DNA of 64,000 nt from an uncultured Rhodothermales bacterium (GCA_964414235.1 CAYPVZ010000001.1:3317-67316); one strand, 5' to 3'; positions 19,448 to 28,900 are shown, counted from the stretch's first letter. Numbers and translations are program-made. Notes: generated from the sequence alone by a model not told the origin.

Positions 19448-19876
19448 CTAGCCCATCGTGATCTCGTGGATCGCGCCAATCGGCGGCGGGTCCTCACTCG
19501 GGTGCTCCTCGGCCGAGCCGTCCCCGCCGGGGTTGCCTTCGGCCAGCACACCGCTGGGATCGTCGGGAGTCGGACCTTGCTCGCTGCCGCCGTCGCCGCC
19601 GGGGTCGTCGGTGAGGGTCCCGACACCGCGGTCGTCGCCGTCGCCACTGGCGGTCGTCAAAGTGCGGAGTTTTGGGGCGATGCCGAGCACGCCGTGGGTG
19701 CCGACGCCCTGAGCACTGCCGTCGCCGCCGGGGTCCTGGTCGGTCCCGACGCCACGGCTGCCGCCGTCGCCACCAGGCGGTGCATTGGCGGCGAGAGCGA
19801 GGACGTTGTCGGGCGCAGGCCCGTCTTCGGAGCCGGTGTCCGGATCGGTGGCTCGAGGAGGAACGAGATCGGTCAT
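19448..19876 (-). CDS. Acidic Gly/Pro/Asp-rich repeat protein
   Basis: Five PGGDG(G/S)-type units, three GVGT units; shares GSEDGPxPD with the downstream ORF. Confidence 0.6.
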   Translation of the reverse strand: MTDLVPPRATDPDTGSEDGPAPDNVLALAANAPPGGDGGSRGVGTDQDPGGDGSAQGVGTHGVLGIAPKLRTLTTASGDGDDRGVGTLTDDPGGDGGSEQGPTPDDPSGVLAEGNPGGDGSAEEHPSEDPPPIGAIHEITMG

Positions 19877-19946
19877 GGTCGTGGGGTGGAGGGGCTGGCG
19901 AGTGGGACCGGACGACGCGGCCAGCGCGCGTCGCCCAGGAGCGGGG

Positions 19947-21095
19947 TCACTTCGACTCCGGCCTCGGCGTGAACATGAAGAGCACCCGGAAGACGCGGAA
20001 GACGAGGTAGCCGAGGACGGTGACGAGCGTGAGGACGATGTAGAGGTCGGTGTTGCGGACGCCGATCATCAAGACCCGGAGCGCGCCCAGGCCGATGAGG
20101 AAGAAGACGTAGACCAGCCCCAGGTTGAAGAAGGGCGCGTCGTCGCGCGATTGGAGGTCGCGGACGTCCTGCTCGGTGACGAGCCGGGACTGGGCGCCAT
20201 CGTGCATCATGGCCCGCAGGATGGCCGGGTTGCCCTCGGCGCGCCGGAGCACCTCGCGGCGGTAGTGGCGGCGGTCGGCGCAGGCGACGGCGTAGCGCGA
20301 GACGAAGTACTCGAAGAGGGCGGCGGTGTGGGCGTCGCCGAGGGGCTCGACGGGGATCTGCCCGAACGTGGCGATGAACGTGCGGAGGCTGCGGCTCTGG
20401 GGCAGCGACCGGATGGCGCCGATGACGGTGGCGCGTTGCTGGATCTCGCGGAGGAAGAGGCCCTGGCTCGCGCTGGCGCGGTCGAGAGCGTCGAGGACGA
20501 TGAGCAGCCGCGGCGCGCGGCCTCCGCCTGCGAGGTCGTGAAGGGAGTCCACGACGGCCTGCTGGCGCTCGTCGACGGTGCGGAGGAGCTTCTTGACCTC
20601 GGCCCAGTCGTACTCGTCGCAGGCGCCGGCGCGCATCTCTGGCGGGATGCCCGGAAGGGCGAGGATGCCGAGGTCATGGAACGCCTTGGCGAGGGCGTCC
20701 ACGAGGCGGCCGTTCGGCCCGGCCTCGGCCACGTAGACGAGCGTGTAGGCCTCGCCGGGCGCCTGCGGCATCTCGACGTACCTCCTCCGGGCGCGCGCCT
20801 GCGCCGCGCCGTCGAGGAGCACGCGCCGACCCGCGACGACGGCCGCGAGGTCCTCCAGGAGGCGCGTCTTGCCGACCCCCTCGTCGCCGAGGAGGAGCGT
20901 GTGGCGGCCGAGGACGGCGCGGTCCGCCAGCTCGGCCAGGACGTGGCCGTTGCCGAGGCGGATGGGGTCGGTGAGGACGGTGCAGTCGGGCGCTCCGGGG
21001 ACGCCGACGGGGCGCAGCGCGCCGACCGACTGGCCGGACGCCGCGAGAGCGTCGGGCCGGGAGATGGTAGAGAGCCGAGGGGCTGAGGTCGTCAT
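19947..21095 (-). CDS. P-loop ATPase with two C-terminal transmembrane helices
   Basis: GDEGVGKT, LLIVLDALD, GNPAIL; hydrophobic LGLVYVFFLIGLGAL and LYIVLTLVTVLGYLVF. Confidence 0.8.
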   Translation of the reverse strand: MTTSAPRLSTISRPDALAASGQSVGALRPVGVPGAPDCTVLTDPIRLGNGHVLAELADRAVLGRHTLLLGDEGVGKTRLLEDLAAVVAGRRVLLDGAAQARARRRYVEMPQAPGEAYTLVYVAEAGPNGRLVDALAKAFHDLGILALPGIPPEMRAGACDEYDWAEVKKLLRTVDERQQAVVDSLHDLAGGGRAPRLLIVLDALDRASASQGLFLREIQQRATVIGAIRSLPQSRSLRTFIATFGQIPVEPLGDAHTAALFEYFVSRYAVACADRRHYRREVLRRAEGNPAILRAMMHDGAQSRLVTEQDVRDLQSRDDAPFFNLGLVYVFFLIGLGALRVLMIGVRNTDLYIVLTLVTVLGYLVFRVFRVLFMFTPRPESK

Positions 21096-22583
21096 CTACT
21101 TGTGAAGCCTCGTCCAGAGCTTGGTCACCTCGTGCACGACGGGGTCGTCGAGGTGCCCGTTGGCGGCGTGGAAGGCGAGGAGCTTGCCTGCGGCCTCCTC
21201 GTAGGTCCTGGCGCGGCTGCGCTTAAAGAAGTGCCAGCGCTTGGGCGGCTCGTCGCAGAGGAGCGCGCGGAGGTAGCGGACAGTGTCGGCGGAGGCGACG
21301 GGGCTCGCGATGCCGGTCTCGTCGAGGACGTGGGCCTCGTGGGCCACCGCGCGGTCCCGCCCTACGGCGTCCTCGAACAGCTCGAAGACGTCGGTGCGGA
21401 GGCGGTCGAGCTCCGTCGCGAGGGGGTGGCGTGCGCTGGGGCGCGCGTGGACTGGGGATTGGGGACCAGGGACTGGGGGAGATGGGAGCGTGGCGATCGT
21501 CGGCGCGATGGGGGCCTCTGGCGAGAGAGGGGGCTCCACGTAAGCCTCCCCATCGCCAGAGGCCTCTTCGTCCTCCCGACCCTCGGCGGGTGCCACAGGC
21601 TCGTCCGGCTCGTCCAGGACGGCGAGAGCGAGACCGCTCGATGTGAGCGGGCCAGCAGGGGAGAGGGGCCTCCCGGGAGATCCGCCCTGTAGCTCGGCGA
21701 CGAGGGCGCTCAGGCCGGTCGCGTGGGGATGGGTGGGCTCGACGAGGCGGGGGCGGTCGGCTCGCTCGCGGAGGTAGCTCTCGACGGCCTCAGCTTGTTC
21801 GTCTGGACTCGCGTCGGCCGGGGATGCCGCCAGGACAGCGGAAGGCTCCGCATGGCCGTGTGGGGATGCCGACCCCCGGCGCGCGAGCGCCAGGCGGTTG
21901 GCTTGCTCGATGATGCCGTCGAGATCGAAGGCCCGGTCGGTCCGGTCCAGCAGGGTGGCGCGGTTCTTCGCCCGGTCGTAAAGCAGCACGCGCCCGGTGA
22001 TCCCGTCGAGGTGGGGCGCGAGGGCCAGGGCCAGGACCTCCTCGCCATCTGTATCGTCGTCGTACGCTCCCCCCAGATCGGCGAGATCGAGGAGATGGAC
22101 CCGTGGGCGTTCGGGGTCCGCAAAGTCGTTGATCTCGAGGACGCCGCCACGACAGCTCGAGCGGGCGATCTGCCGCGCGACGAGTGCGGCGGAGGCAGAC
22201 CCGTCGACGTGGAGCTTGAGGCACTCCGCGTAGAAGACGGTCTCCAGAAAGCGGGCGCACTCGGCGTCCGCCAGCTCGAAGAGGCTGAGCGAGGCGGCGT
22301 GTCCGGCGTCGCGGTGCTCGAAGAAGCGCGTGAGCGCGGCGGCGGGCGTGACCGGGAAGCGGTAGTCCGGCGTGGTGCGGGCGACGGCGAGGAGCTGCCC
22401 CGAGGAGGCCACGAAGGCGTCGTAGACGGGTCCGAGCGCGCCTCCGCCAGAGGCCGCGTTCTCCGCCCCGTAGCACACGACGATGAGCGACACGACCCCC
22501 TGGGCCTGCTGGTCCGCGAGGCCGACCGGGTCCGCGAAGGACGCCGGGACATGCTCGAAGATGGGGCGTGCCGTCGAGAGCAT
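21096..22583 (-). CDS. Hypothetical protein (495 aa)
   Basis: ATG at 22583 (MLSTARPIF), 5 nt after the previous stop; its stop abuts the ATPase start. Confidence 0.65.
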   Translation of the reverse strand: MLSTARPIFEHVPASFADPVGLADQQAQGVVSLIVVCYGAENAASGGGALGPVYDAFVASSGQLLAVARTTPDYRFPVTPAAALTRFFEHRDAGHAASLSLFELADAECARFLETVFYAECLKLHVDGSASAALVARQIARSSCRGGVLEINDFADPERPRVHLLDLADLGGAYDDDTDGEEVLALALAPHLDGITGRVLLYDRAKNRATLLDRTDRAFDLDGIIEQANRLALARRGSASPHGHAEPSAVLAASPADASPDEQAEAVESYLRERADRPRLVEPTHPHATGLSALVAELQGGSPGRPLSPAGPLTSSGLALAVLDEPDEPVAPAEGREDEEASGDGEAYVEPPLSPEAPIAPTIATLPSPPVPGPQSPVHARPSARHPLATELDRLRTDVFELFEDAVGRDRAVAHEAHVLDETGIASPVASADTVRYLRALLCDEPPKRWHFFKRSRARTYEEAAGKLLAFHAANGHLDDPVVHEVTKLWTRLHK

Positions 22584-22588
22584 GGAGG

Positions 22589-23410
22589 TTAGGGAGCGAG
22601 GTCGTCCTCGGATCGGAGTCCAGGGCGGACTCCGGCCTCTGGCGTGACCACAGCGAGATCGGGGTCTCCACCAGCGTCGAGCGTCGCCAGTCGGGCGGCG
22701 TTGGTGGCCTGGGCGTGCTCGGCCGAGAGGAGCGCGAGGCGTTGGCGCGCGAGCCCTTCGTAGTCGAGGTCGCCCTGCTCGTACTTCATCTCGGCGAGCC
22801 TCGTCAGCTCCCGCTGGGCCTCGACGCGGCGGGCGAGGTAGTCGGCCTCGATGCGGAGCTGAACGGCGGCGAGCTCGGCCCGACGTCGGGCCACGGCGTC
22901 CCGCTCCCGTTCCTCGGCCTGACGTTCGGCGCGGGCGATGGCCCGTTCGCGGGCCAGGGTCTCCTGCCGCTCCCGCCGGGCGTGGTGGAGGTCGATGCGC
23001 GCTTCGGCGAGGGTGACGGCGGCGCGGGCACGCTGGACGGGTCGGCGGTCGAGGAGTTGTTCGAGCGACCAGGAGGCCGTCAGGCCCCACGTGTCGCCCG
23101 GCCACCGGGCAATGGCGGCGTAGGCGGGGTCGTAGCCCTGGCTGCTGATGGAGGGGAACGCCAGCCCGCGCGTGGAGACGCTGAGGAAGAGGTCGAGCTG
23201 GGGTCGGAGGCGTGAGAGCCCGGAGACGGACTGCAGCTCTTGCCGCGCGAGGCCGAGGCGGGCCTCCTCGATGCGGAGCGCGGCCGTCGACGTGTCGGCC
23301 GCGAGGAGGAGGTCTGACAAGGGATCGCCGCTGCCATCGGGAAAAACCGGCTCCTGAGAGTGGGAGACGGCCGAGCCGAGCAGAGCGAGAACGAGGAGGA
23401 CTGGGCGCAT
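22589..23410 (-). CDS. Short TolC/outer-membrane efflux-like protein
   Basis: Signal peptide; RPQLDLFLSV and WGLTASWSL strands; coiled coil; EMKYEQGDLDYEGL resembling the TolC repeat; about half usual TolC length. Confidence 0.6.
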   Translation of the reverse strand: MRPVLLVLALLGSAVSHSQEPVFPDGSGDPLSDLLLAADTSTAALRIEEARLGLARQELQSVSGLSRLRPQLDLFLSVSTRGLAFPSISSQGYDPAYAAIARWPGDTWGLTASWSLEQLLDRRPVQRARAAVTLAEARIDLHHARRERQETLARERAIARAERQAEERERDAVARRRAELAAVQLRIEADYLARRVEAQRELTRLAEMKYEQGDLDYEGLARQRLALLSAEHAQATNAARLATLDAGGDPDLAVVTPEAGVRPGLRSEDDLAP

Positions 23411-23415
23411 CGGTC

Positions 23416-23763
23416 TCAGGCCTGGGCGGGCTCGCGAGCGAGCGCCTGGATGGTCGGGGCCTCAGACGGGTCGAGCCCGGCCGCGGCGGCGAGCACCTCG
23501 AGGAAGCCGTCACCCAGGACGGGGGTGCGGTCGAAGAGGGCGAGGGTCTGGCTGGCGAGTTCGGCGTGGAAGCCGGGGGGCATCGCCTGGTAGTGCTCGC
23601 AGTGGTGGAGGCGGAGCGCGGCGTAGGCCTGGCGGTCGTGGTCGAGACCCGTGGCCTCGAGCGCCTCGCGGACGACGCAAATGTCGAAGCGGTGCGAGGT
23701 CAGCATCCGGTAGAGCGCGAGGGCCACGGAGCGGCGACGGAAGGGGTCGATGGTGTCGAGCAT
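23416..23763 (-). CDS. Hypothetical protein (115 aa)
   Basis: ATG at 23763 (MLDTIDPF); protein-like composition; 5 nt from next start. Confidence 0.55.
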   Translation of the reverse strand: MLDTIDPFRRRSVALALYRMLTSHRFDICVVREALEATGLDHDRQAYAALRLHHCEHYQAMPPGFHAELASQTLALFDRTPVLGDGFLEVLAAAAGLDPSEAPTIQALAREPAQA

Positions 23764-23906
23764 GGAGGGGGAGGGATGGGGGAGGCCACTCGATTCGCTC
23801 GTTCGGGGATGGGGGATGAGGACGCCGAGACGGATGCATGACATCCCGCATCCCCATTCCCTCCATCCCTCGCGAACCGTCAGGTCGGCGAAGCCAGCGG
23901 AGCGAG

Positions 23907-24791
23907 CTATCCCTCCGTGTTCTCGCGGATCACGACGCCGTCGCCGCCCCGCTGCTTCGTCTGGCGGAAGGTGCCGTTGACGTAGTCGTTGCGCGAGACG
24001 ACCGAGCCGTCGCTCGTGTCGCCGGACGAGAGGAGGGTCCGGAGGAGCGTGCCGGTCACGTTGCCCTCGGCGTCGATGGCGAAGTCGGCGCCGTAGTAGC
24101 GCGTGCGGACTGAGCCGTCGGGGCCGCCGTCGCGGAGCGTGCCGGTGCCGTTGGTGTTGAGCGTGGCCACGGGCTCGCGGACGGTGACGGACTCGCGCAG
24201 TTCGGCGTTGGCGTAGGAGACGACCGCCTCGCCCTCGGCGGGGGAGTAGACCTGGGCGACGCGCCACGTGTCGTAGGCGGCGAAGCTGGCCTCGGCGTCG
24301 TTGGACGCGCCGGTGAGGTACGGAATGGAGCCCGCCTGGAGCGCCGAGACGAAGCCCGCGAGGTCGGCGTAGGTCAGGAACGAGAGCGTGACTGACTCGA
24401 CGGCGTCGAGGCCGCCCACGTCGCGGGCGTGCTGGACGCGGGCCTGCCAGACGCCGACGCCCTGCGGCTCCCGGTATTGGAGCTGCACGAGGAAGCCCTT
24501 GGCGTTGACGGCGTCATAGACGCCGGTGTAGGTCGTCGTGTCGACGCGGGCGCTCATCGAGGCCATCGCGCGGGGGCTCGACGCGGAGGCCGCCCGAGCG
24601 GCCGATCCGGAGTCGCCGAAGCCGAGCGAGAACAGCTCTTCGACCTCCTCGAAGGCGGCCGTGACGAGGGCCGACTGGTCGGCCGAGATGGGGTCGATGG
24701 GATCGGGGCCGGTCGGTCCGGGGGTCGAGCCCGTGGCGTCGCACGCGGCGAGGAGGAGCGCCAGGGGCGCGAGGAGGAGAACGCGGAGCAT
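23907..24791 (-). CDS. Lipoprotein of unknown function
   Basis: Lipobox LLLAAC; beta-rich C-terminal half. Confidence 0.7.
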   Translation of the reverse strand: MLRVLLLAPLALLLAACDATGSTPGPTGPDPIDPISADQSALVTAAFEEVEELFSLGFGDSGSAARAASASSPRAMASMSARVDTTTYTGVYDAVNAKGFLVQLQYREPQGVGVWQARVQHARDVGGLDAVESVTLSFLTYADLAGFVSALQAGSIPYLTGASNDAEASFAAYDTWRVAQVYSPAEGEAVVSYANAELRESVTVREPVATLNTNGTGTLRDGGPDGSVRTRYYGADFAIDAEGNVTGTLLRTLLSSGDTSDGSVVSRNDYVNGTFRQTKQRGGDGVVIRENTEG

Positions 24792-25109
24792 GGTGTGGTC
24801 GAGGGTGCGCCCGTCGAGGGCTGTGAAGGCCGGGAGTGGCCGGGGAGAGGCGAGGGCACGCCTCTGGCGGAGTGCCAGCCGGGCTGGCGTCGGGGCCGTT
24901 GATCGGCCCAGGGACCGCTTGCGCGCGTGAGTCGCACGCGTCGGCCCAGGGGAGCCTCCTCCTCCGCGCCGCGTAGACGGGTGCAGGATCGGAGCTCTCC
25001 GGTCGCGCAGTGCGCGGCCATCGGTCGAGGGTGTCGGTCCGGGTCTTCGGACCCACCGGCCACCGGGGCAGGGCTAACAGTCCCCGGTGGCCGTTTCTAT
25101 GTCGAGGGG

Positions 25110-26822
25110 CTAGGGAGGGGCCGGGCGAGGGGTTGCGCCGGTCCGCGGAGAGACCAGCACGACGCGGACCTCGGTGCGGTCGGGACCGAGGGCGCGCGTC
25201 TCGATGCGGCGGACGACGCCTGCGCCAGAGGAGCGGACGATGCCGTCGCGCGAGGTGGTGGAGGGGCGGAGGCGAGCCCGGCGGAGGCGGGCCGTGGCCT
25301 CGCGGATGCGCTCGGCCTGGGTGCGCTGCCATGCGGCGGCACGAGCCGCGGCCTGGGACTCGGCCGCCGCGAGTTGGGCGCGGAGGTCGGCGGCCTGGGC
25401 GCGAGCGGCCTCGACGGCACTCCGGGGCTCGAAGCCCTCCGCGTGGCGGTCGGCCGTCCGGCGTGCGACCGCCTCCGCCTCGGTGAGCCTCTGGCGGAGC
25501 GAGACGGGGTCGGCAGCGGGTGGGCGCGGTGCCGCGCGGGCCGCCGCCAAGTCGGCCTCCGCCTCGGCGACATCGAGGCGGGCTGTGACGAGGGCCGACG
25601 AGGTGAGGACGGCGAGGGTGTCGCCGACGGCGACGGTCTGCCCCTCCTCGACGAGCAGGCGGGGCGGCTCGGACGGCTTGTGCGCGAACGTCACGCGGCG
25701 GACCTCGGAGCGAGCGGTGTCCTGTGGGTCGTAGTCCTCGGCTTCGCCTTCGCGCGTGAACACGCGGAGTGTGACGGTGCCCTGTTCGACGAGGAGCCCG
25801 GAGAGGGTCAGGCGGTCGAGGTCGGCGAGCGTCGCGAACTGGAACGAGAGCCGCTTCTCGGAGCCCGTGACGGTGTCGAAGCGGAACTCGTCGGGCGTGA
25901 TGCCTGCGGCCTCGGTGACGGTGACCTGCCCGTCGATGAGGTGGCGGACGGGGCGGCCGTCGGGGCCGTCGGGCACGAGGGACTCGAGGTCGGCCAAGAC
26001 GCGGCCGTCGAGCGTGATCTGCCGCCGGGAGACCTGCACGCGGTCGCCTCGGTGGGCGATGACGCGGTCGGGCTGGAAGTTGGCCGAGTAGGCCGGGCCG
26101 AGGGAGAAGACGCGGCCGTCGGTGGTGTCGCGGACGAGGAGCGTGTTGGCGCCGGTCGTGCCGACGGCCTCGAATCGACCCTCCAGGCGCTGGAGGTGCT
26201 GGGGGTCGGACGCCTCGACCTCGATCTCGACGAGGTACCCCTCGGCGGACCAGTCGAGGAAGTCGCGGACGGCGGCGCCGGCGTCGGCCTGCACCTTGCG
26301 GACGAAGCGCTGGTAACCGTCGTGCTCCAGGACGGCGAAGGGGACGGTGAGGCAGACGAAGGCGATGCCGAAGAAGGCGTCGACGCGGCTGCCGGTCGTC
26401 GTGCGGTAGGCCGTCTCCTGGCGGTTGTAGTAGGGGAAGACGCCCCGGCGGTCGGACCAGGGCCAGAAGACGCGGACGCCCTGGACGGTCCAGGTGTCGA
26501 GGAAGGGGTGGGAGACGTAGCCGACGACGACGGCCGCGTATAGGTGGGGGAGCCCGGTCCAGAGGAAGGGGAGGGCGAGGAGGGCGACCGCGGCCTGGGC
26601 GGCGTAGCAGTGTGTGATGGTGCGGTGGCCGAAGCGGCGCTCGATGCGCCGCGCCAGAGGCGCGAAGACGCGGCCGACCGTACTCCCGAGCGTGTCGACG
26701 TCGGGGGCCGCCGAGGCGGCGGCGGCCACGACCACGCCGGTGGCCGTCCAGGGGACCTGGAAGAACGTGGCGGCGACGGTGTAGCCGAGGACGCCTCCGG
26801 CGACGTGGGTGCCGAGTCTCAC
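25110..26822 (-). CDS. YdjM/DUF457-like membrane metal-dependent hydrolase fused to an HlyD-like lipoyl/coiled-coil module
   Basis: GTH, APDVD, GHRTITH, SHPFLD metal motifs in TM region; C-terminal LLVEEGQTVAVGDTLA + coiled coil + VRSSGAGVV; GTG at 26822 overlaps upstream stop. Confidence 0.75.
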   Translation of the reverse strand: MRLGTHVAGGVLGYTVAATFFQVPWTATGVVVAAAASAAPDVDTLGSTVGRVFAPLARRIERRFGHRTITHCYAAQAAVALLALPFLWTGLPHLYAAVVVGYVSHPFLDTWTVQGVRVFWPWSDRRGVFPYYNRQETAYRTTTGSRVDAFFGIAFVCLTVPFAVLEHDGYQRFVRKVQADAGAAVRDFLDWSAEGYLVEIEVEASDPQHLQRLEGRFEAVGTTGANTLLVRDTTDGRVFSLGPAYSANFQPDRVIAHRGDRVQVSRRQITLDGRVLADLESLVPDGPDGRPVRHLIDGQVTVTEAAGITPDEFRFDTVTGSEKRLSFQFATLADLDRLTLSGLLVEQGTVTLRVFTREGEAEDYDPQDTARSEVRRVTFAHKPSEPPRLLVEEGQTVAVGDTLAVLTSSALVTARLDVAEAEADLAAARAAPRPPAADPVSLRQRLTEAEAVARRTADRHAEGFEPRSAVEAARAQAADLRAQLAAAESQAAARAAAWQRTQAERIREATARLRRARLRPSTTSRDGIVRSSGAGVVRRIETRALGPDRTEVRVVLVSPRTGATPRPAPP

Positions 26823-27106
26823 GGGGACGGGGGACTCGGCACCGGGGGGCTGTCGACAGGCTCCGCGTCGTCCTCGAAGCGGACCTCGCGGTGGGGGTTG
26901 AGCCGCTGGAGGTGGGCGACGACCTCGTCGCCAGAGGCCTCTGGCGTGAAGGGGAGCGGGAGGGGACCGAGCCCGGCGAGGCGCGTGAGGGCGGGGTCCT
27001 CTACGACGTAGCCGGTGGGGGACCGGCGGATCGTGAGCGGCGGCCGCGAGCGCGGTCGGGTGCGTGCGCTGCGGGCGGGTCTCCGAGGCGGGACGGGCGT
27101 CGGCAT
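26819..27106 (-). CDS. Small hypothetical protein (95 aa)
   Basis: Start/stop overlaps on both sides (TGATG at 27106, GTGA at 26822). Confidence 0.55.
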   Translation of the reverse strand: MPTPVPPRRPARSARTRPRSRPPLTIRRSPTGYVVEDPALTRLAGLGPLPLPFTPEASGDEVVAHLQRLNPHREVRFEDDAEPVDSPPVPSPPSP

Positions 27107-27510
27107 CAGCTCCGGAACATGATGGTGGTGAGCGCCCACGCCTCGGTGCGGTCGGAGCCGTCGAGGCGGGCGTAGAGTTCGACCGTGTATTCGCCCTGGG
27201 GGGCGAAGAGGCCGCTCGGTCCGACCCCTCGCCAGGCGGCGGTACGGGCACCCGCGGTCTCGCGGCGCTCCTCGGTGATCTGCCGGACGAGCGCGACCGA
27301 TCCGTCGGCCTGCGGCTGCGTGATGCGGATCTGGACGTGGGCCGGTTCAGCGAGGGTGTAGCGGATCTCGCACGGCCCGGTGAAAGCGTTGAAGGTGGGG
27401 TCGACGCGGAAGCCCGAGACGATCTGGAAGTCCGTGGGGCCGGTGGGCGGGGTGCATCCCGACGCTGCCAGGAGCACGAGGACCGCGAGCAGGGGAGAGG
27501 GCCGCCTCAT
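27106..27510 (-). CDS. Lipoprotein with FlgD-like Ig domain
   Basis: Lipobox-like ASGC; IRYTLAEPAHVQIRI...AWRGVGPSG..APQGEYTV. Confidence 0.65.
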   Translation of the reverse strand: MRRPSPLLAVLVLLAASGCTPPTGPTDFQIVSGFRVDPTFNAFTGPCEIRYTLAEPAHVQIRITQPQADGSVALVRQITEERRETAGARTAAWRGVGPSGLFAPQGEYTVELYARLDGSDRTEAWALTTIMFRS

Positions 27511-27812
27511 CGGTCCGCCTGGACGAGGCCGCCGAGGTCGTCGACGCCCGGGGTGTGGGTGGTCGTGACGGGAACGAGCGCGCCCGGCTCCCCGTCCGGT
27601 CCGGCCGGAGCCCGGAAGTAGTGGACGTAGCGGGTCGCCGGTGCGGGGTGGGGGAGACCCAGCGAGAAGGCGTAGCGGTGCCGCGTGATGCCGAGCGGGT
27701 CACCGGCGTGGATGAGCAGGGCCGCGAGGTGGCAGTGGGCGGCCTCCGCCTCGGGCGAGAGCCGGTCGAAGACGAGGCGTTCGGGGGACTCGGGGAGGAG
27801 GGAGCGGCGCAT
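27507..27812 (-). CDS. Small hypothetical protein (101 aa)
   Basis: ATG at 27812 overlaps recombinase stop (TGATG); stop overlaps next ATG. Confidence 0.55.
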   Translation of the reverse strand: MRRSLLPESPERLVFDRLSPEAEAAHCHLAALLIHAGDPLGITRHRYAFSLGLPHPAPATRYVHYFRAPAGPDGEPGALVPVTTTHTPGVDDLGGLVQADR

Positions 27813-28900
27813 CACGAGTGGGAGCGGGCCATCCGGGGCGCGAGGACGGGACCCCGGGCGTGCTCGCGGGCACCGAGGGCGGTGGCCTCCACCAGCTCGC
27901 GCAGGCCCTCCTCGTCGACGTGGGTGTAGACCTCGGTGGTCTGGATGGTGGCGTGGCCGAGCAGCTCCTGGACGCCCCGGATGTCGCCCGAGGACGCGAG
28001 CAGCCGCGTCGCGAACGTCCGCCGCAGGACGTGGGGAGTGAGGCGGTGGCGGGCGCGGATCCGCTCGCCGACGCGCTTGCACTCGCGGGCGACCTGGCGG
28101 GGGACGACGCGGCAGCCGGTGAGCGTGACGAAGACCTCGTCGGCCGAGGAGGGGACGTAGCGCCGGACGGCGAGCCAGTCGAACATGGCCGGGTAGGCGA
28201 AGCCGACGAGCGGGACCGTGCGGGTCTTGGAGCCCTTGCCCGTGAACGAGAGGTAGAAGCCGTCGGGCCGCGTGACGATGGCGTCGCGGAGGAGGCCGAG
28301 GACCTCGGCGCACCGGAGGCCCGCGAAGGCCATGAGCGTGAAGGTGGCCCGCCTGCGCCCGGCGGTGAAGAGAGAGGCGAAGGCGCGCGTGCGCTCGGGG
28401 CCGCGCTCGGCCTGCTCCAGGCGACGGTTGGCCTCGGCGACGTCGTCCGAGAGCAGGGCGACGGCCCGCTCCAGTTCGTCGTCCGAGAGGACCTTGTGCG
28501 TCTCGCTCTTCCGGTCGAAGGCCGGGAGGTCGAGCGCGTCGAAGGGGTTGGCCGAGACGACCTCGATGCCTCGGAGGAACCGGTAGAACGACCGGACGCA
28601 GCTCACCCGGCGTCGGACGGTCCGGGGTGCCGCCTCGGTGGAGAGGCGGGCGAGGTAGCGCTCGGCCGCGCGGCGTCGGACGGTCCGGAGCGTCAGGCCC
28701 TCGGCATCGAGGAACGCCCCGTAGTGCTGGAGGTCGATCCGGTAGGCCCGCTCGGTGTGACGGCTGCCGGTCCGGGTGTGCCGGGTGCGCCCGATGAACA
28801 GCTCGACCGCCTCCTCGAACGTCGTCTCCCGCGCCGCGATCACGAGGTCCGCATCGGGCGGACGGGAAGGATCGTCGAGGAGTCGGGGCGTGGGGATCAC
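27812..28900 (-). CDS. XerC/XerD-like tyrosine recombinase
   Basis: SAM-like N-terminus (TERAYRIDL); catalytic GLRCAE, GKGSK, HVLRRTFAT, LGHATI, TEVYTH. Confidence 0.93.
   Translation of the reverse strand: MIPTPRLLDDPSRPPDADLVIAARETTFEEAVELFIGRTRHTRTGSRHTERAYRIDLQHYGAFLDAEGLTLRTVRRRAAERYLARLSTEAAPRTVRRRVSCVRSFYRFLRGIEVVSANPFDALDLPAFDRKSETHKVLSDDELERAVALLSDDVAEANRRLEQAERGPERTRAFASLFTAGRRRATFTLMAFAGLRCAEVLGLLRDAIVTRPDGFYLSFTGKGSKTRTVPLVGFAYPAMFDWLAVRRYVPSSADEVFVTLTGCRVVPRQVARECKRVGERIRARHRLTPHVLRRTFATRLLASSGDIRGVQELLGHATIQTTEVYTHVDEEGLRELVEATALGAREHARGPVLAPRMARSHS

Noticed and set aside
18364..19876. Assignment to a known RiPP class (lanthipeptide, ranthipeptide, graspetide)
   Set aside because: No LanM/LanBC, radical SAM, YcaO or ATP-grasp gene visible in the window
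21096..28313. Long Arg/Pro-rich N-terminal extensions in the ORF track (to 23513, 24267, 27251, 28313)
   Set aside because: They overlap upstream same-strand genes; internal starts with stop/start coupling fit better
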